Positions 1 through 12,240 of a stretch of DNA of 64,000 nucleotides are shown here, in pieces; the first letter of the stretch is position 1; each line of letters starts with the position of its first letter. The notes below the pieces were generated by a model. That model saw nothing but the letters and a program-made list of their open reading frames with translations. It was not told the DNA's origin and did not search any database. The stretch is from Sminthopsis crassicaudata. Lineage: Eukaryota. The DNA lies in assembly GCF_048593235.1 (NCBI RefSeq), contig NC_133619.1, forward strand, positions 651,660,558 through 651,724,557, in the 5' to 3' direction. Position numbers and translations under genes: made by a program.

Positions 1-1705
1 ACTTATGACACCACCTTTTTATGTCTAAGGCTCATGCCCATATAGAGTTACCTTAGCATATGGAATGAGGAGTTGATTTATACTTAGTTTACACCAAACT
101 ACTTATCAGTTTTCCCAGCACTTATTTTCAAATAGTGAGCCCTTTCCTCAAAATGTTTTAGGATCTTTGGGTTGATTGTGGAAAATATGACTGTGTTATT
201 GCATGTTATGTTCCTCTCTGTTCTAGTGATCAACTTCTCCATTTTTCAAGCAGAAGCTAATAAACTGAATGATCATTGCTTTGCAGTAGAATTTGTGACA
301 ATATACCTACTTAATAAATTACTTCCTTTGAGATTCCTTTTGTTCCTCTCTCTGAATTTCACTTCTAAAATTTTTAGTTCTATAAAAATAATTCATTGGC
401 AGTTTAGAAGAACGTTAACTAAATATATTTAGGTAGTAATGTAATTTTTATTATACTGGTTCTAGCTACCCATGCATTTTTAATTCGATTTATGGCATTT
501 CTGGATGTCTCCTAGTAATTACATTCCTAAATATTTTTATATATTCTGTAGTTATTTGCGGCAGCTATGTGGGACAATAGCTAGAACACCAGACCTGTAG
601 TCAGGAAAATTTGAGTTCAAATCCAGCTTCAGATGTTTATTATCTGCATGAATTATTGGAACAAATCTTTAACCTCTTTTGCCTCAGTCTCCTATCTGTA
701 AAATGGGAACCCACTGGAGAACAAAATGGCAAATCACTCTAGGATTTTGTTTATGCTTCATGAAGAGAAAAGACAAGTGAATGACAAGAAAAAAGTTATT
801 TGGAATGGAATTTCTCTTACTAGCTCTTTCTGTTGAATTTTGTTGATAATATATAAGAATGCTGATGATTGATGGGAAATTGTTTTTTATCCTGAAACTA
901 TTGTCCATTGTTGCAATTGATTTTTTAGTTGACCCTTTCAAGATTTCTTTGTAAATTATCCTAACATCTGCAAAAAGTGACATTTGTTTCTTCTTTGCTT
1001 CAGCTAAATACTGTTGGTGATGAGAGACTCTTTGCTTTACTCTTGATCATGCTGGAAAGATCTCTGATTTTCCTCTATTATATATAATGTTTGCTCTTGG
1101 GTTTATTACTCTGCATTTATTATTCTGCTTTCCAGAGTTTTTTTTTTTTTAAACAAGACCAGGTATTGGACTTTTTCAAAATCCTTCTTTGCAGCTATTG
1201 ATATGATTGTGTAGTTTTTATTATTTGTACTAATATGATTTGTTACTTTTCAGTCTTCCTTTTTGATTTACATGCATTATATTTCTACTAAATAATACGT
1301 TTATATAAGAACATATGTTTAAATAAAAATATGAACTAATATTATTTACGTATTATATAGCATTTTATAAAAAGATTGTGCTTATTTAAATTTAAATTTA
1401 TATAATATCAAAATGTTATTTTAGATAATATACAGTATTTATAGTATTTAATATATGTATAGTATTTAATGTATTTATTGAAGAATATTTATATCAACCT
1501 CCACTTTGAGTTTGTTACATAAAACCAACATGGTCGTAGTATAGAATCTTTCTAGCATTGTTAAAGATTATTTGCTAATATTTCATTTAAAATGTCTGGA
1601 TCAGTGTCCATTAGGAATATTGGTCTAAATTTCCTTACTTTATATTGTCACTCCCAGTTTAAGTGTCAAGAGCATATTTGCCTTCTAAAAGGAGACTGTA
1701 ACTAT
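1..1705 (-). mobile_element. Old degraded L1 (ORF2 region, antisense); host of the younger L1 and resumes at ~6941-6975
   Basis: Degenerate matches to the ORF2 antisense sequence of the intact L1 in this window. Joining the two flanks (aaaaggagactgtaactatttcttttcctattatt|gcaaactttctgtaagattgg) aligns to 4345-4470. Confidence 0.75.
575..725 (+). mobile_element. MIR/CORE-SINE fragment
   Basis: tRNA-derived head (gcagctatgtggg...agtcaggaaaatttgagttcaaatcc) and MIR core ttttgcctcagtctcctatctgtaaaatggg. Confidence 0.75.
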
Positions 1706-2091
1706 TTCTTTTCCTATTATTATTATTTTTAAATTTTTTATTTTATTTTATAATTATAACATTTTTTGACAGTACATATGCATGGGTAATTTTTTACAAC
1801 ATTATCCCTTGCACTTACTTCTATTCAGATTTTTTCCCTTCCTCCCCCAACCCCCTCCCCCAGATGGCAAGCAGTCTTATATATGTTAAATATATTACAG
1901 TATAATTTAGATACAATATATGTGTGTAGAACCGAATTTTTTGTTGCACAGGAAGAATTGGATTCAGAAGGTAAAAATAACAGTTTACATTCATTTCCCA
2001 GTGTTCCTTTTCTGGATGTAGCTGGTTCTGTCCATCCTTAATCAATTGGAATTGGATTAGCTCTTCTCTATATTGAAGAAATCCACTTCCA

Positions 2092-5000
2092 TCAGCATAC
2101 ATCCTCGTACAGTATCATTGTTGAAGTGTATAATGATCTTCTGGTTCTGCTCGTTTCACTCAGCATCAGTTGATGTAAGTCTCTCCAAGCCTCTCTGTAT
2201 TTCTCCTGTTGGTCATTTCTTATAGAACAATAATATTCCATAACATTCATATACCATAGTTTACCCAACCATTCTCCAATTGATGGACATCCATTCATCT
2301 TCCAGCTTCTAGCCACTATGAAAAGGGCTGCCACAAACATTTTGGCACATACAGGACCCTTTCCCTTCTTTAGTAGTTCCTTGGGGTATAAGCCCAGTAG
2401 TAGTATGGCTGGGTCAAAGGGTATGCACATTTTGATAACTTTTTGGGCATAATTCCAGATTGCTCTCCAGAATGGTTGGATTCTTTCACAACTCCACCAA
2501 CAATGCATCAGTGTCCCAGTTTTCCCACAGCCCCTCCAACATTCATCGTTATTTGTTCCTGTCATCTTAGCCAATCTGACAGGTGTGTAATGATACCTCA
2601 GAGTTGTCTTAATTTGCATTTCTCTGATCAATAGTGATTTGGAACACTCTTTCATATGAGTGGAAATAGTTTTAATTTCGTCATCTGAAAATTGTCTGTT
2701 CATATCCTTTGACCATTTATCAATTGGAGAATGGCTTGATTTCTTATAAATTAAAGTCAATTCTCTGTATATTTTGGAGATGAGGCCTTTATCAGAACCT
2801 TTAACTGTAAAAATGTTTTCCCAATTTGTTACTTCCCTTCTAATCTTGTTTGCATTAGTTTTGTTTGTGCAGAAACTTTTTAATTTGGTGTAATCAAAAT
2901 ATTCTATTTTGTGATCAATAATGGTCTCTAGTTCTCCCTTGGACACAAACTCCTTCCTCCTCCACAAGTCTGAGAGGTAAACCATCCCATGTTCCTCCAA
3001 TTTATTTATGATTTCGTTCTTTATGCCTAAATCTTGGACCCATTTTGATCTAATCTTAGTATGTGGCGTTAAATGTGGGTCCATGCCTAGTTTCTGCCAT
3101 ACTAATTTCCAGTTTTCCCAGCAGTTTTTGTCAAATAATGAATTCTTATCCCAAAATTTGGGATCTTTGGGTTTGTCAAAGATTAGATTGCTATTTTTAT
3201 TCACTATCTTGTCCTGTGAACCTAACCTATTCCACTGATCAACTGGTCTATTTCTTAGCCAATACCAAATGGTTTTGGTGACTGTTGCTTTATAATATAG
3301 CTTTAAATCAGGTACACTTAGACCACCTTCCTCTGACTTTTTTTTCATTAGTTCCCTTGCAATTCTCGACCTTTTATTCTTCCATATGAATTTTGTTGTT
3401 ATTTTTTCTAGGTCATTAAAATAGTTTCTTGGGAGTCTGATTGGTATAGCACTAAATAAATAGATTAGTTTGGGGAGTATTGTCATCTTTATTATATTCG
3501 CTCGGCCTATCCAAGAACATTGAATGTCTTTCCAATTATTTAAATCTGACTTTATTTTTGTGGCAAGTGTTTTGTAATTTTGCTCATATAATTCCTGACT
3601 CTCCTTTGGTAGATATATTCCCAAATATTTGATACTATCGACTGTTATTTTGAATGGAATTTCTCTTTGTATCTCTTGCTGTTGGATTGTGTTGGTAATG
3701 TATAAAAATCCTGAGGATTTATGTGGATTTATTTTGTATCCTGCAACTTTGCTAAAATTCTGAATTATTTCTAATAGCTTTTTAGCAGAGTCTGTGGGGT
3801 TCTCTAAGTATACCATCATGTCATCTGCGAAAAGTGACAATTTGATTTCTTCATTTCCTACTCTAATTCCTTGGATCTCTTTCTCGGCTCTTATTGCCAA
3901 GGCTAGAGTTTCTAGTACTATATTGAATAGTAATGGTGATAGTGGGCAACCTTGTTTCACTCCTGATCTTACAGGGAAAGGTTCTAGTTTATCACCATTA
4001 CATATGATGTTTACTGAAGGTTTTAAATATATGCTCCTTATTATTTTAAGGAATAGTCCATTTATTCCTATACTCTCAAGCGTTTTTAGTAGGAATGGAT
4101 GTTGGAATTTATCAAATGCCTTTTCTGCATCTATTGAGATGATCATATGGTTTTTATTAATTTGATTATTAATATGGTCAATTATACTAATAGTTTTCCT
4201 AATATTAAACCAGCCCTGCATTCCTGGTATAAATCCCACTTGGTCATAGTGTATTATCCTGGGGATGATTTTCTGAAGTCTATTTGCTAATATCTTATTT
4301 AAGATTTTAGCATCAATATTCATTAAGGAAATTGGTCTATAGTTTTCTTTCTCAGTTTTCGATCTACCTGGTTTAGGTATCAGTACCATGTCTGTGTCAT
4401 AGAAGGAATTTGGTAGGACTCCTTCAATCCCTATTTTTTCAAATAGTTTACATAGCATTGGAGTTAGTTGTTCTTTAAATGTTTGGTAGAATTCACCTGT
4501 AAATCCATCTGGTCCTGGGGACTTTTTCTTAGGAAGTTGGTTAATAGCTTGGTCTATTTCTTTTTCTGAGATGGGACTATTTAGACTACTTACTTCTTCC
4601 TCTGTTAATCTGGGCAAGCTATATTTTTGAAGGTATTCTTCCATTTCATTTAAGTTATCGAATTTATCGGCATAAAGTTGAGCAAAGTAGCTCCTAACTA
4701 TTGTTCTAATTTCCTCTTCATTAGTGGTGAGTTCACCCTTTTCATTTTCAAGACTATCAATTTGCTTTTTCTCTTTCCTTTTTTTAATCAGGTTTACTAA
4801 GGGTTTGTCTATTTTGTTGGTTTTTTCATAAAACCAACTCTTAGTTTTATTAATTAATTCAATAGTTTTTTTACTTTCAATTTTATTAATCTCACCTTTT
4901 ATTTTTTGAATTTCAAGTTTTGTGTTTGTCTGGGGGGTTTTAATTTGTTCCTTTTCTAGCAATTTTAGTTGTAAACCCAATTCGTTGGCCCTCTCTTTCT

Positions 5001-5925
5001 CTATTTTATGCAGGTAGGCCTGTAGAGATATAAAACTTCCCCTAATTACTGCTTTGGCTGTATCCCACACATTTTGGTATGATGTCTCATTATTGTCATT
5101 TTCTTGGGTGAAGTTATTAATTATGTCTATGATTTGCTGTTTTACCCAATCATTCTTTAGTATAAGATTATTTAGTTTCCAATTATTTTTTGGTCTATTT
5201 TCCCCTGGCTTTTTATTAAATGTTATTTTGATTGCATTATGGTCTGAAAAGGATGCATTTACTATTTCTGCCTTACTGCATTTGATTTTGAGGTTTTTAT
5301 GCCCTAGTATATGATCAATTTTTGTATAGGTTCCATGAACTGCTGAGAAGAAAGTATATTCCTTTCTGTCTCCATTTAGCTTTCGCCAAAGATCTATCAT
5401 ATCAAACTTTTCTAGTATTCTATTTACCTGTTTGACTTCTTTCTTATTTATTTTGTGGTTTGATTTATCTAATTCTGATAGTGCAAGGTTGAGATCTCCC
5501 GCTATTATAGTTTTGCTATCTATTTCCTCTTGCAGCTCTCTTAATTTCTCTTTTAAGAATTTAGATGCTGCACCACTTGGTGCATACATGTTTAATATTG
5601 ATACTGCTTCACTATTGATGCTTCCCTTTAGCAGGATATAATGCCCTTCCTTATCTCTTTTAATTAGATCAATTTTTGTTTTTGCTTGATCTGAGATGAG
5701 GATGGCTACCCCTGCTTTTTTGGCTTTGCCTGAAGCATAGTAGATTCTGCTCCACCCTTTTACTTTTAGTTTGAATGTCTCATCCTGTTTCAGGTGTGTT
5801 TCCTGTAAACAACATATAGTAGGATTCTGACTTTTAATCCAGTCTGCTAACTGTTTCCTCTTTATGAGGCAGTTTGCCCCATTCACATTTATGGTTAGAA
5901 GGACTAATTCTATATTGCTTGCCAT
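2092..5925 (-). CDS. L1 ORF2p (APE endonuclease, reverse transcriptase, CCHC domain), 1277 aa, uninterrupted
   Basis: EN motifs TINVNG, CCLQETH, GDLN, SDH; RT motifs QGCPLSP and LFADD; C-terminal [18 protein letters not shown]. Confidence 0.97.
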   Translation of the reverse strand: MASNIELVLLTINVNGANCLIKRKQLADWIKSQNPTICCLQETHLKQDETFKLKVKGWSRIYYASGKAKKAGVAILISDQAKTKIDLIKRDKEGHYILLKGSINSEAVSILNMYAPSGAASKFLKEKLRELQEEIDSKTIIAGDLNLALSELDKSNHKINKKEVKQVNRILEKFDMIDLWRKLNGDRKEYTFFSAVHGTYTKIDHILGHKNLKIKCSKAEIVNASFSDHNAIKITFNKKPGENRPKNNWKLNNLILKNDWVKQQIIDIINNFTQENDNNETSYQNVWDTAKAVIRGSFISLQAYLHKIEKERANELGLQLKLLEKEQIKTPQTNTKLEIQKIKGEINKIESKKTIELINKTKSWFYEKTNKIDKPLVNLIKKRKEKKQIDSLENEKGELTTNEEEIRTIVRSYFAQLYADKFDNLNEMEEYLQKYSLPRLTEEEVSSLNSPISEKEIDQAINQLPKKKSPGPDGFTGEFYQTFKEQLTPMLCKLFEKIGIEGVLPNSFYDTDMVLIPKPGRSKTEKENYRPISLMNIDAKILNKILANRLQKIIPRIIHYDQVGFIPGMQGWFNIRKTISIIDHINNQINKNHMIISIDAEKAFDKFQHPFLLKTLESIGINGLFLKIIRSIYLKPSVNIICNGDKLEPFPVRSGVKQGCPLSPLLFNIVLETLALAIRAEKEIQGIRVGNEEIKLSLFADDMMVYLENPTDSAKKLLEIIQNFSKVAGYKINPHKSSGFLYITNTIQQQEIQREIPFKITVDSIKYLGIYLPKESQELYEQNYKTLATKIKSDLNNWKDIQCSWIGRANIIKMTILPKLIYLFSAIPIRLPRNYFNDLEKITTKFIWKNKRSRIARELMKKKSEEGGLSVPDLKLYYKATVTKTIWYWLRNRPVDQWNRLGSQDKIVNKNSNLIFDKPKDPKFWDKNSLFDKNCWENWKLVWQKLGMDPHLTPHTKIRSKWVQDLGIKNEIINKLEEHGMVYLSDLWRRKEFVSKGELETIIDHKIEYFDYTKLKSFCTNKTNANKIRREVTNWENIFTVKGSDKGLISKIYRELTLIYKKSSHSPIDKWSKDMNRQFSDDEIKTISTHMKECSKSLLIREMQIKTTLRYHYTPVRLAKMTGTNNDECWRGCGKTGTLMHCWWSCERIQPFWRAIWNYAQKVIKMCIPFDPAILLLGLYPKELLKKGKGPVCAKMFVAALFIVARSWKMNGCPSIGEWLGKLWYMNVMEYYCSIRNDQQEKYREAWRDLHQLMLSETSRTRRSLYTSTMILYEDVC

Positions 5926-6380
5926 CCTATTAACCCCTGCTTATGCTTTTCCCCTTTCCTTCCCTTTTACCCTCCTATCCAGTATTCAACTGGTAAACAC
6001 CACTTGCTTTTGACAGCCCTCCCTTTTTAGGATCCCTCCCCCACCTTAAAGATCCTCCCCTTATTTTACCCCTTTTCCTCGAAATTACTGTATTCCCTTC
6101 CCCTTAGCTTACTCCTTCCCTTTCACTTTTCAATGAAGTGGAAGAAGTTTCACCATAAATCGAATATGTCTATTGATACACGCTATGTTCATCTCCCTCC
6201 TTTCTTTCTCTCAGATATAATAGGTTACCTTTGCCTCTTCATGAGATGTAGTACCACCACTTTATACTTTTTTATGATATAATCTCCTTTCTACCTCTAG
6301 TTTCTAAGACAAATTGTACATATGTTCTTTACATATTTTTTTGACAGAAGTATAGTTCTCAAGATTTCTTTTTACCTTTT

Positions 6381-6455
6381 TTAGAAGTCTCTTGAGTTCT
6401 GTATTTGAAGATCAAACCTCTTATGTAGGTCTGGTTTTTTCATCAAAAATAGATG
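6381..6455 (-). pseudogene. L1 ORF1 C-terminal remnant (last ~24 codons only)
   Basis: Translates HLFLMKKPDLHKRFDLQIQNSRDF*, homologous to the ORF1 end of the second L1 (TFLMKRAELNKK..IQIQNSREA* at ~17975-18050). It is joined directly to 5'UTR sequence. Confidence 0.9.
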
Positions 6456-6902
6456 AGTCTGAGCTCTGAGGCTCCGAGAACGCACCGAGTCAGTGCAGGT
6501 GGGGGTTGGGGGTGGCCGGGCTCTGAGAGACGCTGGCTTTCTGGGGTTTTAATCTTCACCTCCGGTGTTTACACCCTCTCTGCTGCTTCTGGCTTGCTGC
6601 CAAGACGGAGCATCCACACTGGGGCAAAAGCCCTTTCGCAGAAACGGCAGAGATCACACCCCTCCCCCTCCGGTCTGAGCTGTGTGAGCTGCCTGTCTTG
6701 CTCTGGCTGCCTGCCCTCAGTCTGCGCCCAGTCTGTTCGACCCTCCCCCGAACAAACACAGACCTTTTCTGGCGACTTTCAAGGATGTCTTCTCTTGGTG
6801 ATAATTTGTGGATTTCTTTCTGGGTCAAGCATTAAGTCAGAGGCTTGTCATGAAGTAAGTTCTGAGAGAAAACGAGGAGCTCAAGCAGCTGTCTGCCTCC
6901 AC

Positions 6903-6915
6903 GCCGCCATCTTGG
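6903..6915 (-). promoter_or_regulatory. YY1-type site at the L1 internal promoter start
   Basis: CCAAGATGGCGGC 10-22 nt from the element 5' end, matching the YY1 motif at mammalian L1 5' ends. Confidence 0.7.
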
Positions 6916-7084
6916 CCGGAAGTCTTCTTTTCCTATTATTGCAAACTTTCTGTAAGATTGGACTTAATCATCCACAAAGGGAAGGCCCTAGAATTAAGGG
7001 AGATTCTTACAAAAAGTCGGGTTTTGGCTGGGACTTGGCCAGGAGTTCCTGGACCTCCACTTACATGGGGAAGTGCAGGCTGTG

Positions 7085-7400
7085 AGAAGACTGGGGCTGG
7101 TTGCAAAGGGCCTTGAATGCCAAACCGAGGCTTCTGAGTGTGGAGGCCACCGAGAGCCCCTGGTTTTACAGGGAGGAACTCGACTTTGGAAGAGCACTTT
7201 GACAGCTGAGTGGAGGCGGACTGAGGCAGGCGGCAGGCCATGGGAGCCATGAAGAGCCGAGCAGGAGCTGGAATAGGTTAGAAGCCAGATTGTAGGGCAG
7301 AGACTGAGAGGAAAGGAAAACAAAGCACTTCTCACCGTGGTGGCTTCTCAAGGGGTTTAGCCACAAGAGCAAGGAGATGGGACAGCAATGGAGGAGGCCA
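7085..7400 (-). mobile_element. L2 fragment
   Basis: Typical L2 motif ggttgcaaagggccttgaatgccaaaccgagg and following degenerate L2-like sequence. Confidence 0.55.
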
Positions 7401-7794
7401 AGTGAGGGTCTTTGAGGAAAGGGGAGGCCGGGAGACCAGGGAAGCCCTTTCTTCAGGGCCCTATGTTAGCATATCGTGTTCTTGGGCATTTTCCTTGGAG
7501 TAAATATGGGACTGCCTTTTTGAGGGCCTTCCTCCCAGGCCTCTCTTCCTCAGAATATTCGGCATTTTCATTGGCTTGCGAACTTGAGTCTGTCTTCACT
7601 CTGGCACTTGAGGGTGTGGGCAGCCCCAAGCTTTCCCAGAGAGTGGAGGCCAAGTTGGGCCCCTCTTTTTCCCCAGACATTGCTTTGCTTTGTCTTAATG
7701 CTGGGGTTAAGGTCAAGGAGCCTGGATTCTGCTCTGGGCTCTTCTCTTCTGTGGCTAGGGCTCTGGGATTTGGTTTTATTTCTCTTTTTTCCAT

Positions 7795-8705
7795 TTAATA
7801 TTAATAATATCTTGGAATAATTTATTTCCAATAACATATTTCTCCCAATTACATGTAAAGATAGTTTTCAACATTCCTTTTTGTAAGATTCTGGATTCCA
7901 GAATTTTTTCTCCATCCCTTCCTTACCTCCCCCTCCCCAAGCAAGCAAGCCATCTGATATGGGTTAAACATGTACAATCATGTTCAATATATCCCCCATT
8001 TATCACGAAGAAGAAAAATCAGACCAAAAGGGGAAAAAATCCATGAGAAAGAAAAAGCAAATAAACAAAACACGGGAAGTAATATCCTCTGGTCTGCATT
8101 CAGACTCCAGAATTCCGTTTTGGGATGCCGGTGGTATTTTCCACCACAAGTCTTTTAGGAGTATCTTAGATCATTGTATGCTGATACAACTAAGTCCAAA
8201 AAAATGGCTCTTTGCACAATGATCTCTGGTTCTGCTCATTTCACTCAACATCACTTCAAGTATTTCCAGGCTTTTCTGAAATCAGCCTACTCACCATTCC
8301 ATTGTAATCATATACCACAATTTATCTATAGTTCTAAGTAAAAATGTCCTACGTTTCTATTGATTAGAGAAATGCTCTGAGGTACTACCTCATCCCTATC
8401 AGATTGGCTACAATGACAAAAAAGGAAAATGTTGCTGAAGATGTTGGAAAATTGAAACATTAATGTTTTGTTGGTGGAGTTGTGAACTGATCCAACCATC
8501 CTGGAGAGTAATTTGGAACTCTGCCCAAAGGACATAAAACTGTAAAATTATATCCCTTGATCTAGTAATACTACTACTACTAGTTCTGTATCCCCAAGAG
8601 ATCATACACGTGTTCGACAATATTTATAGCAAGTTCTTTTTGTGGGGGCAAAATATTGGAAATGAAGGGGACACCCATCAATTGGGGCATGGTATATGAA
8701 TGTAA
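7795..8705 (-). mobile_element. 5'-truncated L1 with 5' inversion (twin-priming-like)
   Basis: 7795-8330 is the L1 3' end in antisense. 8350-8705 is the directly upstream L1 segment in sense. Both segments break at the same gtggtatatgaatgtaatgg position. Confidence 0.6.
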
Positions 8706-9170
8706 TTTTTTAAATTTTTCCCAGTTACATTAAAAATGATTTTCAGCACTCATTTTTGTAAGACTTTGTGTGCCAAATTTTTCTCCCTCCCTTCCTAACC
8801 TCCTCTTTCCCGGAGGCAGTAAGCAATCTGAGATTACATATTTCCACATTAGACACGTTGTGAAAGAAAAATCAGAACCAAAAAGAAAAAAAAACAAAAC
8901 ACGAGAAGGAAAAAGCAAACAAACAAAAAGGTAAAAATACTCTGCTTTGCTGCACATTCCGTCTCCAGAGAACTCTCTCTGGATGCCGATGGCTTTTTCC
9001 ATCCCAGGGATCCATTGTCTTGAATTACTGAATTGCTGAGAAAAACCAAGCCTAACATAGATGATCATCACACGATCTTGTTGCCGTGTGCAGTGTCCTC
9101 CTGGGTCTGCTCGCTTCCCTCAGCCTCAGCTCACGTAAATCTTTCCGGGCTTTTCTGAAACCAGCCTCAG
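8706..9170 (-). mobile_element. L1 3'UTR fragment
   Basis: Antisense marsupial L1 3'UTR (ttttcagcactcatttttgtaag...ctcgcttccctcagcctcagctcacgtaaatctttcc). Confidence 0.75.
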
Positions 9171-9179
9171 TTCACATCT

Positions 9180-9330
9180 GGCCTCTGTAGTTGTGTGACC
9201 TACTGAAGTCACGTGATAGTTTGTCTCAGTTTCCTCATCTGTAAAACGAGCTGGAGAAGACAATTGCAGACTCCAGTATCTACCCCAACGATCTTAAAGA
9301 GTAGGGTGGACTGAAGCAATGGAACAATAA
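9180..9330 (+). mobile_element. MIR/MAR-type SINE fragment
   Basis: ctcagtttcctcatctgtaaaacgagctggagaagacaattgcagactccagtatc core. Confidence 0.65.
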
Positions 9331-9534
9331 TAAATGTATCCATGCACATAATATATATATATAGGAAGGAGGGGTTATATTAGATTAGTTAAAGCATTTA
9401 TCTACCACTTCCTGGAAAGACAAAGGAGAAGTCACTAGTAAATTGGAAAGAGAGCACTTTCTGCCACTAGTAGGACAAGAAAGCATTACTTAATGACAAA
9501 TCAGGAGAAAGGATACAGGACAGCTCCAGAGATG

Positions 9535-9660
9535 GGAGTGAAGGAGGAGGAAGGGGAGGAGGAGGAGAAGAAAAAGGGGACGGAGGAGGAGGAGAAAAGA
9601 AGGAAGAAAGGGAGGAGGGGAAGAACAAGAGGAGGAAGGAGGGGAGGAAAAGCAGGAGAA
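9535..9660. repeat. GA-rich purine tract
   Basis: (GGA/GAA)n low-complexity run. Confidence 0.85.
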
Positions 9661-9934
9661 GAACCCGGCCTGTGTGCAGCAGCATTAACTATTAAGGAGT
9701 AACCTCCTGAGGAGAGACCCGATGCTCAATGTGAGAGCAGGCTCTCAGCTAGAAGCCAAGCTCTTTGTCAGAAAAAGGGTCCCAGGAAGAGGACGGGGCT
9801 TCACTAGAGCCGTGAGCCAAGGAAGCTCTTGCCCATGGCGGAGGTGGGGAGGAGAGTGTTTAAAGCAGACGGTTGGGATGCTAGGAGGTAGCTGAGGAAG
9901 AACAGGTTGCCAGGCAGCAGTGAGAGCCTGGCTC

Positions 9935-10150
9935 AGGGGAAGGGGATAGGGGCTCAGGAGGAGCAGGTGAGAAGGGGAGGGGGGAGAGGAGCTCAGGAGG
10001 GACTTGGGAGGGGCAGGGAGGGGGGACAGGTGAGAAGGGGAGGGGGATAGGGGCTCAGGAGGGATTTGGGAGGGGCAGGGGGGGGACAGGTGAGAAGGGG
10101 AGGGGGGATAGGGGCTCAGGAGGGACTTGGAAGGGGCAGGGGGGGGACAG
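9935..10150. repeat. ~60-bp G-rich tandem repeat, ~3.5 copies
   Basis: Recurring gggatagggctcaggaggg...ggggacaggtgagaagggg. Confidence 0.8.
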
Positions 10151-11019
10151 GTGGGCATTTGCCCGGCCCCGCCTGGGGGCTGTCAGTCTGCCACCGTCCC
10201 CGTCTGGGCTGCTCTGAGGGTGACGATGTCATCGGGGCTTGACAGGAAGGCTTCGTCACTGAGTCCAGAACTCATGGGGTGGGCGATGGGCCCCGCACGC
10301 CCACAGTGTCTGAGCTCTGACTGCTGCATGAGGTCCTGGCAGCTTGGAGCAGGGTTCCGGCCCTCCTGGGCCCTGGAACGGCGCCCTCTGGGCTCTGATG
10401 ACCTGGTCTTGAGAGGCCCATGTGGGCCCAGTTATGCGCTGGGATCTGAGGGCCTGGTCCTGGCAGGAGTGTTCCGGGACCTCCAGGAGGGAGCCGGCCA
10501 CTCCTGGGATTCTGCCTCAGGCACCGACATCGTGCCCGCATACAGCAAGGGCTTAATGTGTGCTGGCTGACCTTGGATAGCTCAGATGAAATCTGCTGGT
10601 CACTAAGCACCCCAGTGGCTGCAGGAGCCCTGGGGGCCCAGCAGAAACACCTGCAGACGTTCCCTTGGGCTCACCGGTCCAAGCACTTCCAGCGCCTTCG
10701 GCCTCGAGCCTCCTAAAAGGGCGCCCTCCAAAATGAACACACCGTCCCTGAGGAGAATTGCCTGTTGGGACCCCGAGGCCCATAAGACCACCGGATCTTC
10801 CTCTAAGTGGTTTAGCCACACTCATTCCGCACCATTTTGAGAGGGAATGGAACTGCTCATTTCTGTCTAGTTTTCCCATGGTCTCCATTCTCCAGCCCAT
10901 CCTTCCTCCACCCCCCACCAGCTCCCCGTGCCTTATAACAAAAAAATGAGAGGTAAAAGCCCCTCAGCAGACCCAACAGACGAACGGGGTCTGGGGGTTA
11001 TGATCCCTCCCTTCGGAGA

Positions 11020-11600
11020 GGCAGAATGAGCACTCATTAAGCACCATTTACAGGCTTCATAAACAGCAGAATCTCATGTGATCTTGCCTTGCCAGGTGAG
11101 TGCTGTTGTCACCCCCATTTTACAGATGAAGAAACTGAGGCAGACCGTGGTCTCGCAGCTGGTCAGCCTGGACTCTGCGTCCACTAGATCTGTCATCCCT
11201 ACGGAGCCCTCCATTACGCAGCTCCCACCATTCACTGGGGCGTTCCCCAGTGGGAGGACATCACTTCTCCGCTCATTTGTTGGCAAATAAAGTGTGGCCG
11301 TGAATGTTGTGTGAGCTCCTTGGGGAGGGGGCAAGGAGCGTGTATGTGCCTAGGAATGAGCTCTCTAGGCTAAGTGGTGCAGAGGGCAGAGCGCTGGATT
11401 CGAATCAAGGCTTGGCCAGTAAACTTACTAGCCATGTGCAAGTCATGCAAACACAGTCTGCCTCAGTTTCCCCGCCTGCAAAATGGAGATGATTATAAAA
11501 CACCCACCTCCTAGGGTTGCTGGGAGGAAAAAAGGAACTGGTGTTTGCAAATTGCAAAGGATTATATAAATGCTAATTATCATTGTATAATTATTATTGT
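11020..11600. mobile_element. L2 tail and two MIR fragments in opposite orientations
   Basis: cactcattaagcacc (L2 tail); cccattttacagatgaagaaactgaggc (-); ctcagtttccccgcctgcaaaatggagatgatt (+). Confidence 0.65.
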
Positions 11601-11664
11601 GTGACAATTTAGACTGAAGGAGAAGCATCGGCGTGTGCCCTTAGATGGAGACCCAGCACTGCCC

Positions 11665-12240
11665 CCACCTGCCGGTCCTGCCCTCTGGCCTGATGATCCT
11701 GTCTCCGGCCTGCTGGTCCTCCACCTGCTGGTCTTGTCTCTGACCTGCTGGTCTTCCACCTGCTGGTCCTGTCTCTGACCTGCCGGTCCTCCACCTGCTG
11801 GTCCTGTCTCTGGCCTGCCGGTCCTCCACCTGCTGGTCCTGTCTCTGGCCTGCCGGTCCTCCACCTGCTGGTCCTGTCTCTGTCCTGCCGGTCCTCCACC
11901 TGCTGGTCCTCCACCTGCTGGTCCTGTCTCTGACCTGCCGGTCCTCCACCTGCTGGTCCTGTCTCTGCCCTGCCGGTCCTGTCTCTGGCCTGCCGGTCCT
12001 CCACCTGCTGGTCCTGTCTCTGACCTGCTGGTCCTGCCCTCTGACCTGCTGGTCCTCCACCTGCTGGTCCTGTCTCTGACCTGCTGGTCCTGTCTCTGGC
12101 CTGCCGGTCCTCCACCTGCTGGTCCTGTCTCTGACCTGCTGGTCCTGTCTCTGACCTGCCGGTCCTCCACCTGCCGGTCCTGCCCTCTGGCCTGATGATC
12201 CTGCCTCCGACCTTCCGGTCCTGTCTCTGACCTGACCCTG
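11665..12240. repeat. Minisatellite of 15-bp (ccacctgctggtcct) and 20-bp (gtctctgacctgccggtcct) subunits
   Basis: Visible tandem structure; an identical 37-bp block sits at 11665-11701 and 12167-12203. Confidence 0.9.

Larger units (their letters stand above)
1722..6924 (-). mobile_element. Young L1, 5'-intact, with nearly all of ORF1 deleted; 16-bp TSD
   Basis: TSD ttcttttcctattatt at 1706-1721 and 6925-6940. 5' end GACTTCCGGCCAAGATGGCGG; ~470-bp GC-rich 5'UTR; ORF1 remnant; ~455-bp spacer; intact ORF2; 3'UTR; A-rich tail at ~1722-1760. Confidence 0.95.

Noticed and set aside
6453-7085. 210-aa antisense ORF across the L1 5'UTR (ORF0-like idea)
   Set aside because: Its ATG is at the deletion junction and it runs out of the element into unrelated flank; GC-rich UTR sequence explains the lack of stops.
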